Source: Trichosphaerium sp. ATCC 40318
Taxonomy: Eukaryota > Protista > Tubulinea
Assembly (NCBI GenBank): GCA_038496445.1
Contig: JALMLS010000585.1
Location: 1-64,000, forward strand
Direction: 5' to 3'
DNA length: 64,000 nt
Part shown: in pieces, positions 1 through 13,600 of the stretch
Layout of the letters: each line of letters starts with the position of its first letter
How positions within the stretch are numbered: the stretch's first letter is position 1
The notes under the pieces: model-generated
Told to the model about the DNA's origin: nothing
The model's input: only the letters and a program-made list of their open reading frames with translations
Databases searched by the model: none
Position numbers and translations under genes: made by a program

Positions 1-2255
1 AACTGGTATTCGTTGTTTGTAGAGTTTGTAATACCATTTTAAAGAAAAGTCCAAATGAGGTTTTTTGTTGGGAAGGAAATAAACTATTTTCACCCATTTT
101 CAAGTCTTATTAACCGCAAAGGAAACAGATCGTAGTAACAGCAAAGACTTGCGCAGGTGAATACTATAGCCTATGGGTTATTTTATCCTTTCAGGGTTTT
201 ATGTTTTGTTGTTGGATTCGTAACAAGTATCGTGTTATCATTGGTGTTCTTGGTATACGGCCCGTTGCCTGGTAGGTCACGACAAAAAAAAGTAAAACCA
301 AAAGCTGAGGAGTATAAATGGCCGGATGTGTCTGCGTACAAGCTACCCGCGCGTAAAACAATTCGAGTTAACTGCACGGCACGCTTTTTTTTAACAACAA
401 AAACAACAGTGACGTTCTTTTCGTTGCTAAATTTGCGCACCAGGCCGAATATCCTCCTATAAAACCAGATCTTAGTACATGGGTTGACCCTGAAAATATA
501 TTCCGCTACATTCTTGTTGTTAAAGTCTTTGAGGCCAGAAATCTTGTTGGTTCGGACTTTAACAAGGGTGCTGGCATGGATGGTGGTACGCTCTATTTTA
601 TCGTAGTTGATTTCTAACATGGCCTGGCAGCGAGCTCTGACCCTTATGTGGTTCTGCGTCTTTGTGACAGGGATGTAAAGTCGCGCACTGTAACCAAGAC
701 GTGTAATCTCAGGTACCTAAAACTTGACACGTGCAACTTCACTTGCTACTATTATTGCACTGTATCTTTCTAACGTGTAGTTAGTGGCATCAAACCTTTA
801 TCATGAAAGTAGACAACTCGCAGGAGGATGTATTATTTGTAAGGATATTTGACCAAGACAAGGAACAAGATGACAAACTTGTGCGTTAACCAAAAACCTT
901 TTGTTTTGGGGTGTAGCTTGTCGCTAATGTTAAATTGGATAGGGTAATTGTACAATAAGTTTGTGTGATTTAGAAAAAGGTGTTGAACAAAAAATGTGGG
1001 CACCTCTTAAAGGAAAGACGAGCTTTGTGTACTTTTTGCCAGGTTAACAATCTTTAGGTGTGGCGGAGACATACAAGGGAACTGTGCCAGCCACCGGCGA
1101 AATTGCGTTGAGCTTGACACTTACTGATTACAATGCTACTGTTCCGCTATCTACCTATAAGTGGTTGAAGTGGTTAAAAAAAGCATGGTGTGATTGATAC
1201 TCTTGTAAAGGAGGCACAGCGTGAAGAGAGGAGAAACAAAGAGCTCCAAATGTCACAAGCCAGCGATTTAAGCGTAGGCACATTTTTTTTGTGTTGTGTA
1301 ACTCACTCTTTTTAAACTAGCAATCACGAACTGCTACCACACAGAAACAATATACTACTGTAGTGACTATGCATAAGGGTTCTGTGATAAGGGTTGGTTA
1401 TCAAGGTTCCTCACGTTTCAGGATGAAGATAGCGAGGCGAAGCGATGGTGTGTACTAGAAGGAAGATCTATAAAATGTTTTGCAGATGATACGGTATGGA
1501 GGTGCTATAACGCTGTTTGCGGTAATTTATTGTGGTAACAGGCTTGGGAACCTTCAAAGTGATCGAATTGGATGACTCAATGCGTGCAAAGAAAGTAGCG
1601 AAGCTGATGTTTGTTATTCAAAAGGGAAAATCCAAGAAATATGCTTATGCATTCAAAGTCAGAAAAACTGTCTATCTGGAAACATGGGTCGAGCAAATCA
1701 ACAATGCAAGGAGGTTAACAGAAGGTGATTTGGTATGTGCCGGATTAGTTATTTCAGCTTGTTTTTTTCACAACTAATGATGACTTTCAGCGGCAATTAC
1801 AAGTTGATGTGGATGATGAGGATTCTTCATATGAACCACTTGATAGTCCGTCAGAAAACCGTAGCACTTTAGACAAAGGAGACGCAAGGGTAAGTGGCAC
1901 AACAAACTTTAGTGTGATTGTAACGATATTATAGGTGATGACTTTGACTTTGTAGAAGAGCAATTGGGTGTTGGCATGTCAAGTAATTCTGAGCTTGAAA
2001 GGAAGTGCCTGTGAAGCGATTGCCGGAGTATACACCATGCACTGAACCAACATGGTTGAATAACGTATTGCATCGGTAAGTAGTTTGTTTGTTCCGTGTT
2101 GTTCGATTTACATACTGTTCGTATTTAGCGTGTTTTTGCAGATGGCGTCTCTGGAAGTATTCCACAACTTTATCAAGGTGTCCATTGATCAGTCTTTTGA
2201 ATCTATAACCCCACGTCCTGCATTTTGTATGTTGTCTTAAATATCATAACTGAGC
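1..2255 (+). repeat. Left arm of a ~2.25 kb inverted duplication (partner 4225-6491)
   Basis: Base 1 onward (aactggtattcg...) is the reverse complement of 6491 backward. Identity persists to about 2255/4225. Differences are mostly single-base homopolymer indels in this arm. Confidence 0.95.
173..2212 (+). pseudogene. Truncated, frameshifted inverted copy of the 5' part (TM-C2-PH) of the 2861-6319 gene; probably an assembly/read artefact
   Basis: Same exons as the minus-strand gene but with indels (tcagggttttatg vs tcagggtttatctg; ctataagtgg vs ctataaagtgg). It stops at the start of the SMP domain. Confidence 0.7.
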
Positions 2256-2334
2256 TGCACACCATAATAATACATGCTTGTGCCTAACAGCACAGCCATG
2301 AAAGTAGCAAAATCTAATAAAATCGAAAAAGTAG

Positions 2335-2632
2335 AGGTTTAAGTAACCTTAACCCTAACTTTAATTTGCTTGTAGGGTATAACCCTAATTGTTATTATAA
2401 TCTATTAGGACTAAGGTTTTGGCATGTAATTGGTATCTGTGATTTAGGGCTAGGGTTAGGTTTACAGCCCTAATGGCAGATCAGATTTATTTTTTAATTG
2501 TTGATTGAGGTTAGGGTTTAGGGTTTATTGCTGCTTTTAGAGCTATGAGTTAGGACTAGGGTTACAACCCTATGTACTTTGAGCACTGCTTTAGGGTTAG
2601 GGTTGGTTTAGTTTGGATGGCTGCCTTTTACC
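2335..2632. repeat. Degenerate telomere-like (TTAGGG/CCCTAA) low-complexity tract
   Basis: Scattered aaccctaa, ttagggctagggttagg, ttagggtttagggttt and ttagggttagggtt units in both orientations, followed by AT-rich filler to about 2860. Confidence 0.6.
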
Positions 2633-2860
2633 TTTTTTTGTAGTTTAAGGCTTGGTGTTCCTTATTGTTAATTATTTTTAATCACTTTCTATTTTTCTAT
2701 TTTTTAGGCTAATATTGGTTTTATTAACAAGTATTGTTATCATACTGTTCACAAATACATGGCAGCAATGTTAAATTAATTGATAAGTTTTTGTAAACAA
2801 AAAACAAATTAACATATTATCATTGTTGTTTCAAATTACTTGTTACACAAAATACAAAGT

Positions 2861-5800
2861 TTAGTTTAATAGTTTGTACAAGGATCGTGGATTAATAAAA
2901 TTCCAGAATTCAGTTACATTTTGATTACTTTTGTCAAATTTTAACATTACAACACCATGTAGAATACGCTCTACACCAGATGGCTGATAATCCCACAAAG
3001 GCCCTTATTTAAAACAGTTAGTTCCTTACTTGCACACCAGAGTGACTTACGTTTATGTGTGCCCTTGGCAACATAACGTGCTGTTATACAGTAACTCTGC
3101 CATGCAACCTCATCTGCAATTGTGAAGCTAAGGTCGGGGAATGCAGTGCGCAACTCTACTACAAACTTCTTTATAGCTGCTCGACCATGAAGTATAACAT
3201 TAATAGGTAGTACACCATGTACATTACACTCTTCAAGGAATAACTCATCAATGACTGTAAAACAAACAAATTTAGCACTAACACAAACACAGCGGCAGCT
3301 AAGCTACCAACTCTAGTACTTACTTTCGAGATCGCCAAGGTTAACCGCCCTTGATATGAACATCTTTAAATGATACTTACGGGCAATAGCATCAGGCGTA
3401 TCTTGTCGTATCTTATCCTCAGGTATTGGAGCGTCTTTTAATTTAGGCATCTCTGGTTTTTTTACGGCCGCTGAAGACGATGTAGCCAACTGCCCAGACG
3501 AAGCGCTTGACAGCTGGCGCCTAGAAGCTTCTTTTGTTTGTGTGATTGCCCTTGTTGGTTTGTGGCCCTATTTATGTAAACGTTAACATTTACCTACATT
3601 TCATTGTTACAAGAAAAACTTACCTCCATAATTTCAACCTCAGGTGCAATACCTGGGAATGGTATGTACATGCGTATACCCTTAGGATATACCAAGTAAT
3701 CATTTACAACCTTTGTAAGGATTCTACGAACACACTGTGAGTTCGGCCATTACTTAGAAACAATGTACCTGTGCAAGAGGCTCTTGAATTGAGGAAGCCT
3801 CCGACCACCTGCAGTTATTTCTACATTAAGATCAAACTCAGGTTTACGGACTAATCGCATTTCCCATTTTCCATTAATATCCTCAGGCATGAGTATATGA
3901 AGCTACATGTATCTCAACAATGTGAAGCAATGTCAAAGCAAATAGTAAAACGTTTATGAAAAAAAGAAAAAAAAAGGAATTGTAACGTACTGTGCCAACC
4001 AAACTCTTAACTGTAACAGTTGCAACTACCTTTAATCGACGTGCACGAAGCTTTAATACAATAGACAATACAGCGCTTAAGCTGCCTCTATAGTCTATAT
4101 CTGTTTCAACTACAAGTTCACCGGTTTGTAGGTAGTCTGCTTTCGTATTTTTAAGCGAAAATATCTTGGTTCCCCAATTGAATTCCAGAATATGCATCTC
4201 TCCCTACACCGGCAGTTAGTTATGCTCTAGTTATGACATTTAAGACAACATACAAGAATAGCAGGACGTGGGGTTATAGATTCAAAAGACTGATCAATGG
4301 ACACCTTGATAAAGTTGTGGAATACTTCCAGAGACGCCATCTGCAAAAACACGCTAAATACGAACAGTATGTAAATCGAACAACACGGAACAAACAAACT
4401 ACTTACCGATGCAATACGTTATTCAACCATGTTGGTTCAGTGCATGGTGTATACTCCGGCAATCGCTTCACAGGCACTTCCTTTTCAAGCTCAGAATTAC
4501 TTGACATGCCAACACCCAATTGCTCTTCTACAAAGTCAAAGTCATCACCCTATAATATCGTTACAATCACACTAAAGTTTGTTGTGCCACTTACCCTTGC
4601 GTCTCCTTTGTCTAAAGTGCTACGGTTTTCTGACGGACTATCAAGTGGTTCATATGAAGAATCCTCATCATCCACATCAACTTGTAATTGCCGCTGAAAG
4701 TCATCATTAGTTGTGAAAAAAAACAAGCTGAAATAACTGTTCCGGCACATACCAAATCAGCTTCTGTTAACCTCCTTGCATTGTTGATTTGCTCGACCCA
4801 TGTTTCCAGATAGACAGTTTTTCTGACTTTGAATGCATAAGCATATTTCTTGGATTTTCCCTTTTGAATAACAAACATCAGCTTCGCTACTTTCTTTGCA
4901 CGCATTGAGTCATCCAATTCGATCACTTTGAAGGGTTCCCAAGCCTGTTACCACAATAAATTACCGCAAACAGCGTTATAGCACCTCCATACCGTATCAT
5001 CTGCAAAACATTTTATAGATCTTCCTTCTAGTACACACCATCGCTTCGCCTCGCTATCTTCATCCTGAAACGTGAGGAACCCTTGATAACCAACCCTTAT
5101 CACAGAACCCTTATGCATAGTCACTACAGTAGTATATTGTTTCTGTGTGGTAGCAGTTCGTGATTGCTAGTTTAAAAAGAGTGAGTTACACAACACAAAA
5201 AAAAATGTGCCTACGCTTAAATCGCTGGCTTGTGACATTTGGAGCTCTTTGTTTCTCCTCTCTTCACGCTGTGCCTCCTTTACAAGAGTATCAATCACAC
5301 CATGCTTTTTTTTAACCACTTCAACCACTTTATAGGTAGATAGCGGAACAGTAGCATTGTAATCAGTAAGTGTCAAGCTCAACGCAATTTCGCCGGTGGC
5401 TGGCACAGTTCCCTTGTATGTCTCCGCCACACCTAAAGATTGTTAACCTGGCAAAAAGTACACAAAGCTCGTCTTTCCTTTAAGAGGTGCCCACATTTTT
5501 TGTTCAACACCTTTTTCTAAATCACACAAACTTATTGTACAATTACCCTATCCAATTTAACATTAGCGACAAGCTACACCCCAAAACAAAAGGTTTTTGG
5601 TTAACGCACAAGTTTGTCATCTTGTTCCTTGTCTTGGTCAAATATCCTTACAAATAATACATCCTCCTGCGAGTTGTCTACTTTCATGATAAAGGTTTGA
5701 TGCCACTAACTACACGTTAGAAAGATACAGTGCAATAATAGTAGCAAGTGAAGTTGCACGTGTCAAGTTTTAGGTACCTGAGGATTACACGTCTTGGTTA

Positions 5801-6319
5801 CAGTGCGCGACTTTACATCCCTGTCACAAAGACGCAGAACCACATAAGGGTCAGAGCTCGCTGCCAGGCCATGTTAGAAATCAACTACGATAAAATAGAG
5901 CGTACCACCATCCATGCCAGCACCCTTGTTAAAGTCCGAACCAACAAGATTTCTGGCCTCAAAGACTTTAACAACAAGAATGTAGCGGAATATATTTTCA
6001 GGGTCAACCCATGTACTAAGATCTGGTTTTATAGGAGGATATTCGGCCTGGTGCGCAAATTTAGCAACGAAAAGAACGTCACTGTTGTTTTTGTTGTTAA
6101 AAAAAAGCGTGCCGTGCAGTTAACTCGAATTGTTTTACGCGCGGGTAGCTTGTACGCAGACACATCCGGCCATTTATACTCCTCAGCTTTTGGTTTTACT
6201 TTTTTTTGTCGTGACCTACCAGGCAACGGGCCGTATACCAAGAACACCAATGATAACACGATACTTGTTACGAATCCAACAACAAAACAGATAAACCCTG
6301 AAAGGATAAAATAACCCAT
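2861..6319 (-). CDS. Multi-exon membrane-anchored protein: N-terminal TM, C2, PH, SMP (TULIP lipid-transfer) and C-terminal SnoaL/NTF2-like domain
   Basis: TM: FICFVVGFVTSIVLSLVFLVY. C2: VKVFEARNL..SSDPYVVL..KSRTVTKTCNP.W.QTF..VRIFDQD..DDKLG. PH: KRWCVLEGRSIKCF..YAFK..ETWVEQINNA. SMP: EPTWLNNVLHR..HILEFNWG..DIDYRGSL..VTVKSLVG..KPEFDL..YLVYPK. SnoaL: HGRAAIKKFVVELRTAFPDLSFTIADEV..ARYVAKGTHK..PSG. Start codon is uncertain. Confidence 0.75.
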
Positions 6320-6491
6320 AGGCTATAGTATTCACCTGCGCAAGTCTTTGCTGTTACTACGATCTGTTTCCTTTGCGGTTAATAAGACTTGAAAATGGGT
6401 GAAAATAGTTTATTTCCTTCCCAACAAAAAACCTCATTTGGACTTTTCTTTAAAATGGTATTACAAACTCTACAAACAACGAATACCAGTT
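4225..6491 (-). repeat. Right arm of the inverted duplication (intact copy)
   Basis: Reverse complement of 1-2255, with reading frames intact. Confidence 0.95.
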
Positions 6492-6614
6492 GTTTGTCGC
6501 TAACTCCACAGTTCAGCCCACAACCAACCACCCAACGCGAATTTCTTTTTTTTTTGAAGAGTTTTTTGTTTTAATGTTGATGTAAACAAACACATATACT
6601 GGTGCGCAGGAAAG

Positions 6615-8086
6615 CTATTTCTTTTCCTTGTCTTTTACGTCTTCAACTTTTTTCTCGCCATCTTTGTCTGCCTTGGCCTTATCAGTTTTGTCTTCTTTTG
6701 GTTTCTCTGGTTCTTCAAGCTTCCTCTCAGCCTCTTGATTGTCCAACTGGAAGATACATGAGCAAAACGTACATACGGAAACAGAAGGAATTTTACAATT
6801 ACAATGACAAAAGATATGGATAATACTCTTGGAATCAAACTAGTGTACCTTATTATTGATGAGGTTGTGTAGCGCTATGATTGATCGAATGATTGAAGCA
6901 ATGTAGATAGCGACAAGTTGATCATTTGTTTGCACATTGAAGGCGCGTAGTAGGGTAGGATCCTGCAAGTTAGGCAATAAATTAAATATTTCTTGAATAT
7001 GATTCAGGATCTACAAAGTAAATGAGTAAACGAAGAAGTGAAATGAAGGGGTGTCAAAATTTTTCGTCGAGCAAGTTAAACCCATATCTGAGCGTAGTAC
7101 CGTTTGATTTATTGGTAACTTTTTGGCAGCTACATCTTCCAAGTATGTGCGCATTTTGCCCAAACGCTCAATGAGACTCTTTAATGATACAATCTTTTGA
7201 GAGATTGTAGTAGACAATGTAGAGATGTTTGTATCTTTGACATCCCTGAGAAGATGCTCAACACCTACTTCTTCTACCTCAAGAGCGCCTACCATAGAGG
7301 CAATGTGATTGAAGCGTTCAGAAGAGGAACCATCCTAATCCAAACTAGTTAACAAACGAACCATACACACGGGTTTAATTTTGCAATTAAAAAAAAAATG
7401 GCGTCTTCAGTAATTTAGAGTTCCTGCCGTGTGCTTGGTGGTTGCGTTTATAAATTGCTAAGTTGGTTTTTTTTTTTTTGCACTATCAGCGCTGTGGTAA
7501 AAATTTGGGCTGATCGTAAACGGTTTGCGTATTATGTAGCGCAATAACGCACCTCGTTTGCTTCTATTTTAGTGATGTAACCTTTGGTAGGGAGACCAAT
7601 TTCCTTCTTTATATCTATAATTACGAATGTAGGCGTCTTGAGGTACTTTTTGAACAAGCCGTGAATAGCGAGATCAGATTGTTTAATTTGAGGTCCTGAA
7701 CTGTACCAACCTACAATGCGCTCCTTGGCTAACGTGGATTTAGCGTCTAAGAAGAAACACTAAAGTTTTGTTGGCCACCGCACCATTTACTTTTTTAAAC
7801 ATCTCCCACATCTGCTCGTGAAAGAAGTGATCCAAGAACCATACTTTTGGGTTGCTATCATCTTCTTCAAAAGGTACTAAAACGTATAACGTTACTATAC
7901 GCTGTAAACGGCTTCACTCGTACCTGCGTATGAATTGGTGACGTCAACGACACCTTTAGACTGTGATCCAAGCAAAACGCCCACAACGCGTTTTTTAGTA
8001 TCACGCGCAATACGATTGTAGTGATCCACAACACTCAATAATACAATTGGGTGAATTACCACCATCGAAGGAGTAGTTTGCGACAT
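6615..8086 (-). CDS. RPN8: 26S proteasome regulatory subunit RPN8/PSMD7 (MPN domain)
   Basis: [72 protein letters not shown], and a charged C-terminal tail. Confidence 0.97.
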
Positions 8087-8535
8087 GTTGAAAAGAGAGT
8101 TTTGTTCTTTGATTTTTTTTTTTTGGTGGAAAACGGTTGACAAATCTAATCTAACTTTTTTTTTTCTTCTTCTCAGTCTTTTATGCTTTGTGACAACCAA
8201 GGAAAACGGCAACAACTACTTGACTTTAACAATCTCTAGGGTGTATGTAGTTTAACGTTTATTGAGTGGACGCATAATAATCACGTGCGAGTGGCGTGTT
8301 TTTTGTGATGGAACGTACGAATACATTACACATTTTGTAGCTCTTTGCTGTGCTACTGGACATTGTTTGTTTTATATACAAAAGAGCCCACCTAACGCCA
8401 AGAAAATCAAAATTGGGAGCGGTGGCGAAAAAGGTGACACCACAAGAAATAAGGTAGGGTATTGAAGCATTCTCTATCGCCTGTGTCTTATTTGGGTCTG
8501 TTTTGAGAACAAGAAGGAGTGCCAGAATACGAGCA

Positions 8536-9409
8536 CTATTTGTTGTTCCCCTGTTGTGTTTGTGAAAACGTGGTGTTATTGGTTGTGTCTGTAGGTAGTG
8601 AGCTAACACTGCTAGATATGGACTGAATAGTTTGCTCTAACTGGTGCCGTTGATGTTCAAGGCGACCCTTTTTGAATAAAGTTAGTGCCAAAATATGCGA
8701 GTAGGGAAGCAACGAGATAAAAATTGGTGTTTTGATTGTTTTTAGTAAAAAAATATAATTTTATCTAGTATGTGACCACAATAGGAAATCAGACACTCAC
8801 CAGTTCTTCACGTAGCTGATTAGGATCTCTTGTGTCGTTAGGGGCTGTGTTTTGTGGCTTTTGTGTAGGGTCTATGTTTTTTCGCCTTTCCAGCTCTGCT
8901 ATTCTGGCTTGCAATCTGGTCATGTCATCTAGTAGCACGTGAGGAAACGATGAGAACGTATGACACGTTTTAACATTTGTATTGTGTGAGTTATTGTAGT
9001 TTTTCATACATTCCAAACTGCTGGCTTTAAAAACAATTACCTTGTACCACAGCTAGGTTACCGCGTATTGTACGTAAGTGGCTCAATACTTCCGCTAACT
9101 ACAGCTCGTTAGACGTCGTTTTACAGAAGTAAGTGGAGGCCTAGGAAATTTTTTTTCCTTATGGCACTCGCGAAATGTTGGCCTGCGTACTGTTTTAACC
9201 GTGTTTGTGGCTTGATTTGTGTTGTTGTTTGGCTCCATTGTTTTTCTTCCCACTCTACCAAATAACGCTTCAATAACAGGCCAAAGGCGGTGGTATACTC
9301 TCCAAAGTAGGCGAGGGCGCACCAGCCACTCCTTTGAGGTTTTTCCTGGTGTAGCGAATGATGAATTTGGTTGATAAATTTGGCTGTTTTCGGTCGAATT
9401 TTTACTCAT
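8536..9409 (-). CDS. Hypothetical coiled-coil/low-complexity protein (gene model uncertain, possibly decayed)
   Basis: Exon-like segments DMTRLQARIAELERRK..QLREEL and GRLEHQRHQLEQTIQ are bounded by GT/AG. No recognisable family. Confidence 0.3.
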
Positions 9410-9666
9410 TTTTCGGAGTTCAAAATAAAAAAATAATATGATGGTCAACTTATTTTATGTACGAACATGCAAACCAACCGGACCCTTATTATTTGGATAC
9501 CCGATTACATGCACATTTGCAATTAAAATGACCGAAAAAAAAAAAGAAAAAAAAAACCATATTCCCCGAGTCTTACCACATTTTACTTTTGTTTGAAAAT
9601 CACATCTTGCATTACACCGTCTACACTTTGTTTGAGGGCGTTATTCTGCAAATCTCACGCTCAAAC

Positions 9667-10470
9667 ATGAACGAAAAAATAGAGCAGTACGAGCGCTTTA
9701 TTAATGAACAATTAAAGAATGATTTGGAAAAAATACTTTTTTCTCGCGATGCGTTGTACAAAGAGCTTGGAGACTAGTGCGTGGTTCAGAATTAGTGTTA
9801 AATTTTCTTTTTTTTGCTGCTAGCGCTAAAAGTAAAAATTACACCTAGTTTGGAGTTGCGCAACAATATAGAGCTCATAAAAACACAAAATCTGACTTCT
9901 CTAGAAACTAGAGTGAATTTAGGTTCAGACTTCTACGTAGACGCTAAAATGTACGAAATACTTCTTTCCACGCGTAAAATAACTAGTTTCGATGCCTTTT
10001 GTGCTAATTAGGCCATAGTCCTGACACAACCTACGTATATGTACTAGTGGGGCTCGGATTCCACGTACAGATGACATTAGATGAGGTTTGATTGCAATTA
10101 TGAACATTTGACAACTTTTCACGCTTTTTTGAGAACTTTGTCGTCATGCCCTGATTTTGGGAAAATCTGCTTTAAACAAGAATTGCAAAATAACTAATCT
10201 TAGGCACAAAAATTCATACAAGAGAAAGAAAATGCTTTAAACAAGTAAGGGGACCTATTACCTTTTTTTATACTCGCAAGTACTACTCTATTTTTTAACA
10301 CTTGGTAGAGAAATAGAGCAAGTCACACAACAATCATTGGGTGTTAAAATGCGTATTAAGACGGTACAACAAAATTACTGCGGGCCTTATTATTGTTTTG
10401 TGTAGCTAAATACTGTTTGTAGATGTATGGATATATAGCCCAGCTTATGGGGTTAAACCCAACAAATTGA
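9667..10470 (+). CDS. UXT: UXT-like prefoldin alpha-type subunit
   Basis: KIEQYERFINEQLKNDL..YLELRNNIE..LETRVNLGSDFYVDAK.PDTT..V.VGLGFHVQMTLDEA, assembled across about 5 introns. Confidence 0.9.
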
Positions 10471-10655
10471 CGGAGTAGATAATGTGCCGAAAAAAAAAAA
10501 AAGTCGGGAATACCAAATTAGGATGTATTAGGCTCCTGTTGTAAGTATGAAAGTGTACATTTACCGTGTAAAATCCCGAACATGAAATTAAAATAATGAG
10601 CTCGTAGACACCGTAATAAAAAAAGGCAGTTGACCCTCAAAGCATTGTTTATTTT

Positions 10656-13600
10656 CTATACCTCGTCTAGAGTTGCAGCACCAAGTAGTGATGTGTACTG
10701 CACGGCTTTGTCCTTTAGCCATTCTTCAAAGGTCTCATCAATAGGCTGCCCTTTAGTGCATCGCCACAAATAAGCAGCGAACAAGATGAGATAAAAGTAG
10801 CGTTTGAGATAATCTAACGCGCGAATCAAGTACACTTTTTGCTTGTTACCCTGTAAAAAAAAAATCATTAATCCAAATGTTGGTTGACTTGCTATTAATT
10901 CTCATGATTTGCTGCGTACTGTATGTTTTAAAGCGTTCTTTTTAACATCGTTAATAGCAGAGCTAAAATGAGATAAGTAATGGGTAGAGATACATTGAGT
11001 AAGTTCCACAATCAAAAAAAAAAAAAAGACTATAAACTTACCGCAAGTTTTGCATCTTTGAACATAGGTTGAGGGATGCATCTACGTTTGCCTTGGCTTC
11101 TATACCATATGGCAATATTCTCAATAAGCGTGCAATGAGCTCAAAGTGTGGCTTGATTATCTTAGGTTCAACACGACCAAATCTCCAAGAAAGATACATT
11201 GATGTGACTACCATTCCTGTTGTAGTTCGTCCTCGTCCCATTTGACAATTATAAATCACGTGCATATCTGGTGCTAACACTAGAGTATTGAATGATTGTT
11301 GGAGAATTTCCACCAAACGATCAAAATCCTTGAGATACCATTAGTGGTTTGCTGAGTACCAACAAAAAATTTTAAATGCTTGGGTGTAAATTGTCTCGTA
11401 CTGCAACTTTTGGAGCATGTTCATCAGTGATGGCTATACGGTAATACGAAACAGGTAACCCTTGTTTTGCAAACTCGTTGTATATATCCTTTGGTGTAAG
11501 TAGGCTGCCTGGAGTCACTTCTTCCCACTCTACCAATAGCTCAAACTGATCGTTTTCGTCATGTAACATGATTGTATCATCTTTGTACAGGTTTTAGATA
11601 ATAAAACTGTACACTATGAACATACCATATTTCTTCGCTTCTGTATTGAGATCATCCTTGAGCCGCTGTTCCATCGCCTCCACTCTCTGTGTAGAAATTC
11701 CAGTATGCTCCAAGTTTGCATAAGGACTATTTTTAAGTTTGTTAACAGAATAAAGAAAATGAAAGTACTTACTTGGCTAGTGATCTTACAACAAATGGCT
11801 TTCCATTGACGTATATAACAGGTTCTATCATGAATTAGACTTGTCTGTATATTGTCTTAAACGCAACAAGTAATGTACCTTCTCGCAAATTTATCCACAC
11901 AATCTTATTGGCTTTATTTGCGCTGATGTACTTGAGTACATTTGCAATACCTCTCTTGGTAGGAATAGCAGTACCGTACAAATTCCACACTGACGTTTTC
12001 CTAAAGTTTGGTGCTCCTGGAACATTGAGCTCCATACCAACACGCTGACAGCCAGGAAAGTGATCCGACTAGCAAATGAGTAAGCTCACTATGCACTAGC
12101 TTGACTACTATAACGTACCTTTATAATAGTATTGCTAACCAAAACATTACCATCTCGTTCTCCAATGATATCATCCACATCCTCACGTACTGCATCTAGT
12201 GCAATAGCATCCTCTGGATCTTCTTTTAACTCTGCTAGTAACATACTAATCTCAGGGCGTTCTTCAAGCCATTTTACATAAGTTCCTTTGTAGCCATACA
12301 GTTCAACTAGTACGTTTTTAATCATGTGTACTCAACTAATTTTATCCTACCTTCTCGAATCCAGGCGTTACACACCAAGAGGAAACAGTATCTTTCAGCA
12401 TATACACAAATACGTGCCATATTTGTGTCTTAAATATTGTTAAGTAACTAAATACATCTAATGTAATATAACACGTACCGAATTGTCCCTTTGTACGCAT
12501 GGCACTAGAATCTGCTAGCGCTGTTAATAGTTGATCGCGTACAGTCTTTCCAGGTGGAGAGTGTTCAATTGCTGCATCCACCTTAAATATAATGAGCATG
12601 AGGATAGTAGTGATCGATTGTACCTGTCTCTTAACTGTTCTACCATCGCTAAACAGCCGAACTAGTTTCGATACTATGTGGAATGGAGGCATCTCATCCT
12701 TGACACTTGGAGTTTCATCCAATACTCTATTAATAAGCATTGTCAATACTTCTGTTGTTACAGTTCGTCCTAGGCCTATAAACAACATTAGTGGTTCTCG
12801 TGCTTAATAACAATGTAGCCAGATAAAACGCACCAGTAGAACTGTTAAATACAATGTGAACATCTTCTACCATTTCCTTTTTGATAATGGTATACAAGGA
12901 ATCAAGGTCCTTTGGTTCCGGTACTTCTCCAGTTGTGATAGGGATGCGAAAGTAACTGAATGGTGCTCGCTTGCCTGCACAAGATTGATAGAGCTCTTTG
13001 GGAGTTTGAAGCAACGTATTTGTAGGTACTAAACATTCTGGGACAACCTTGTTTGTAGAGTAAGATAATGGGTAAAGCAAACAAACTCACTTCATCACCA
13101 GCGAGACTCTCGTCATGTACTAGGATGTGACTATTATCCTCTAGTTCTTTAATAACGTCTTGCTTTAAGCGCTCTTCAATCGCTTCAATGTTGTCACCGC
13201 TTATACCTCTGTAATGCTTCAGATTGTGGAATGGCGTCTCTAGCTCACGAATAACTATTAAGTAGGGTTTGTGTTAGTCAAAGTAGAAATGTGTTTATGC
13301 ACGAACCAAACGGATGCCCGTCCACATAAACCATTGGCTCTTCTCGGACGTTTACCCAAATAATCTTTTCTAAATCGTTTTGTTAAGACACGTCGATACA
13401 GGACAGTTACATACTGGCACCGCTATGATTTATGAGGTGATCAAGCACGCCTTTAATTCCTTCATTTGTTGGAATTGCACAGGCATAAATGTCACTTCCG
13501 CGAACCCTACGAAAGTTGGGTGCTCCAGGTATCTTGACAGAAGATATTTGTTCAATAGAAGGGTAATGGTCACGCTTGAGGATGAGGCCTCGTGACAAGA

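Noticed and set aside
2335-2632. A bona fide chromosome telomere
   Set aside because: The repeats are short, interrupted, in both orientations and internal to a palindrome. This fits low-quality base-calling at least as well.
183-6314. ORFs 183-620(-), 4233-4697(+) and 5748-6314(+), and similar antisense ORFs such as 25573-26067, 31591-32001 and 60125-60802
   Set aside because: They are shadow frames opposite well-supported spliced genes.
8259-8609. Apparent CNOT9/Rcd1-like segment (ARILALLLVLKTDP..ASIP)
   Set aside because: The resemblance is weak, no other Rcd1 motifs are present, and the splice-compatible frame here is a different one.
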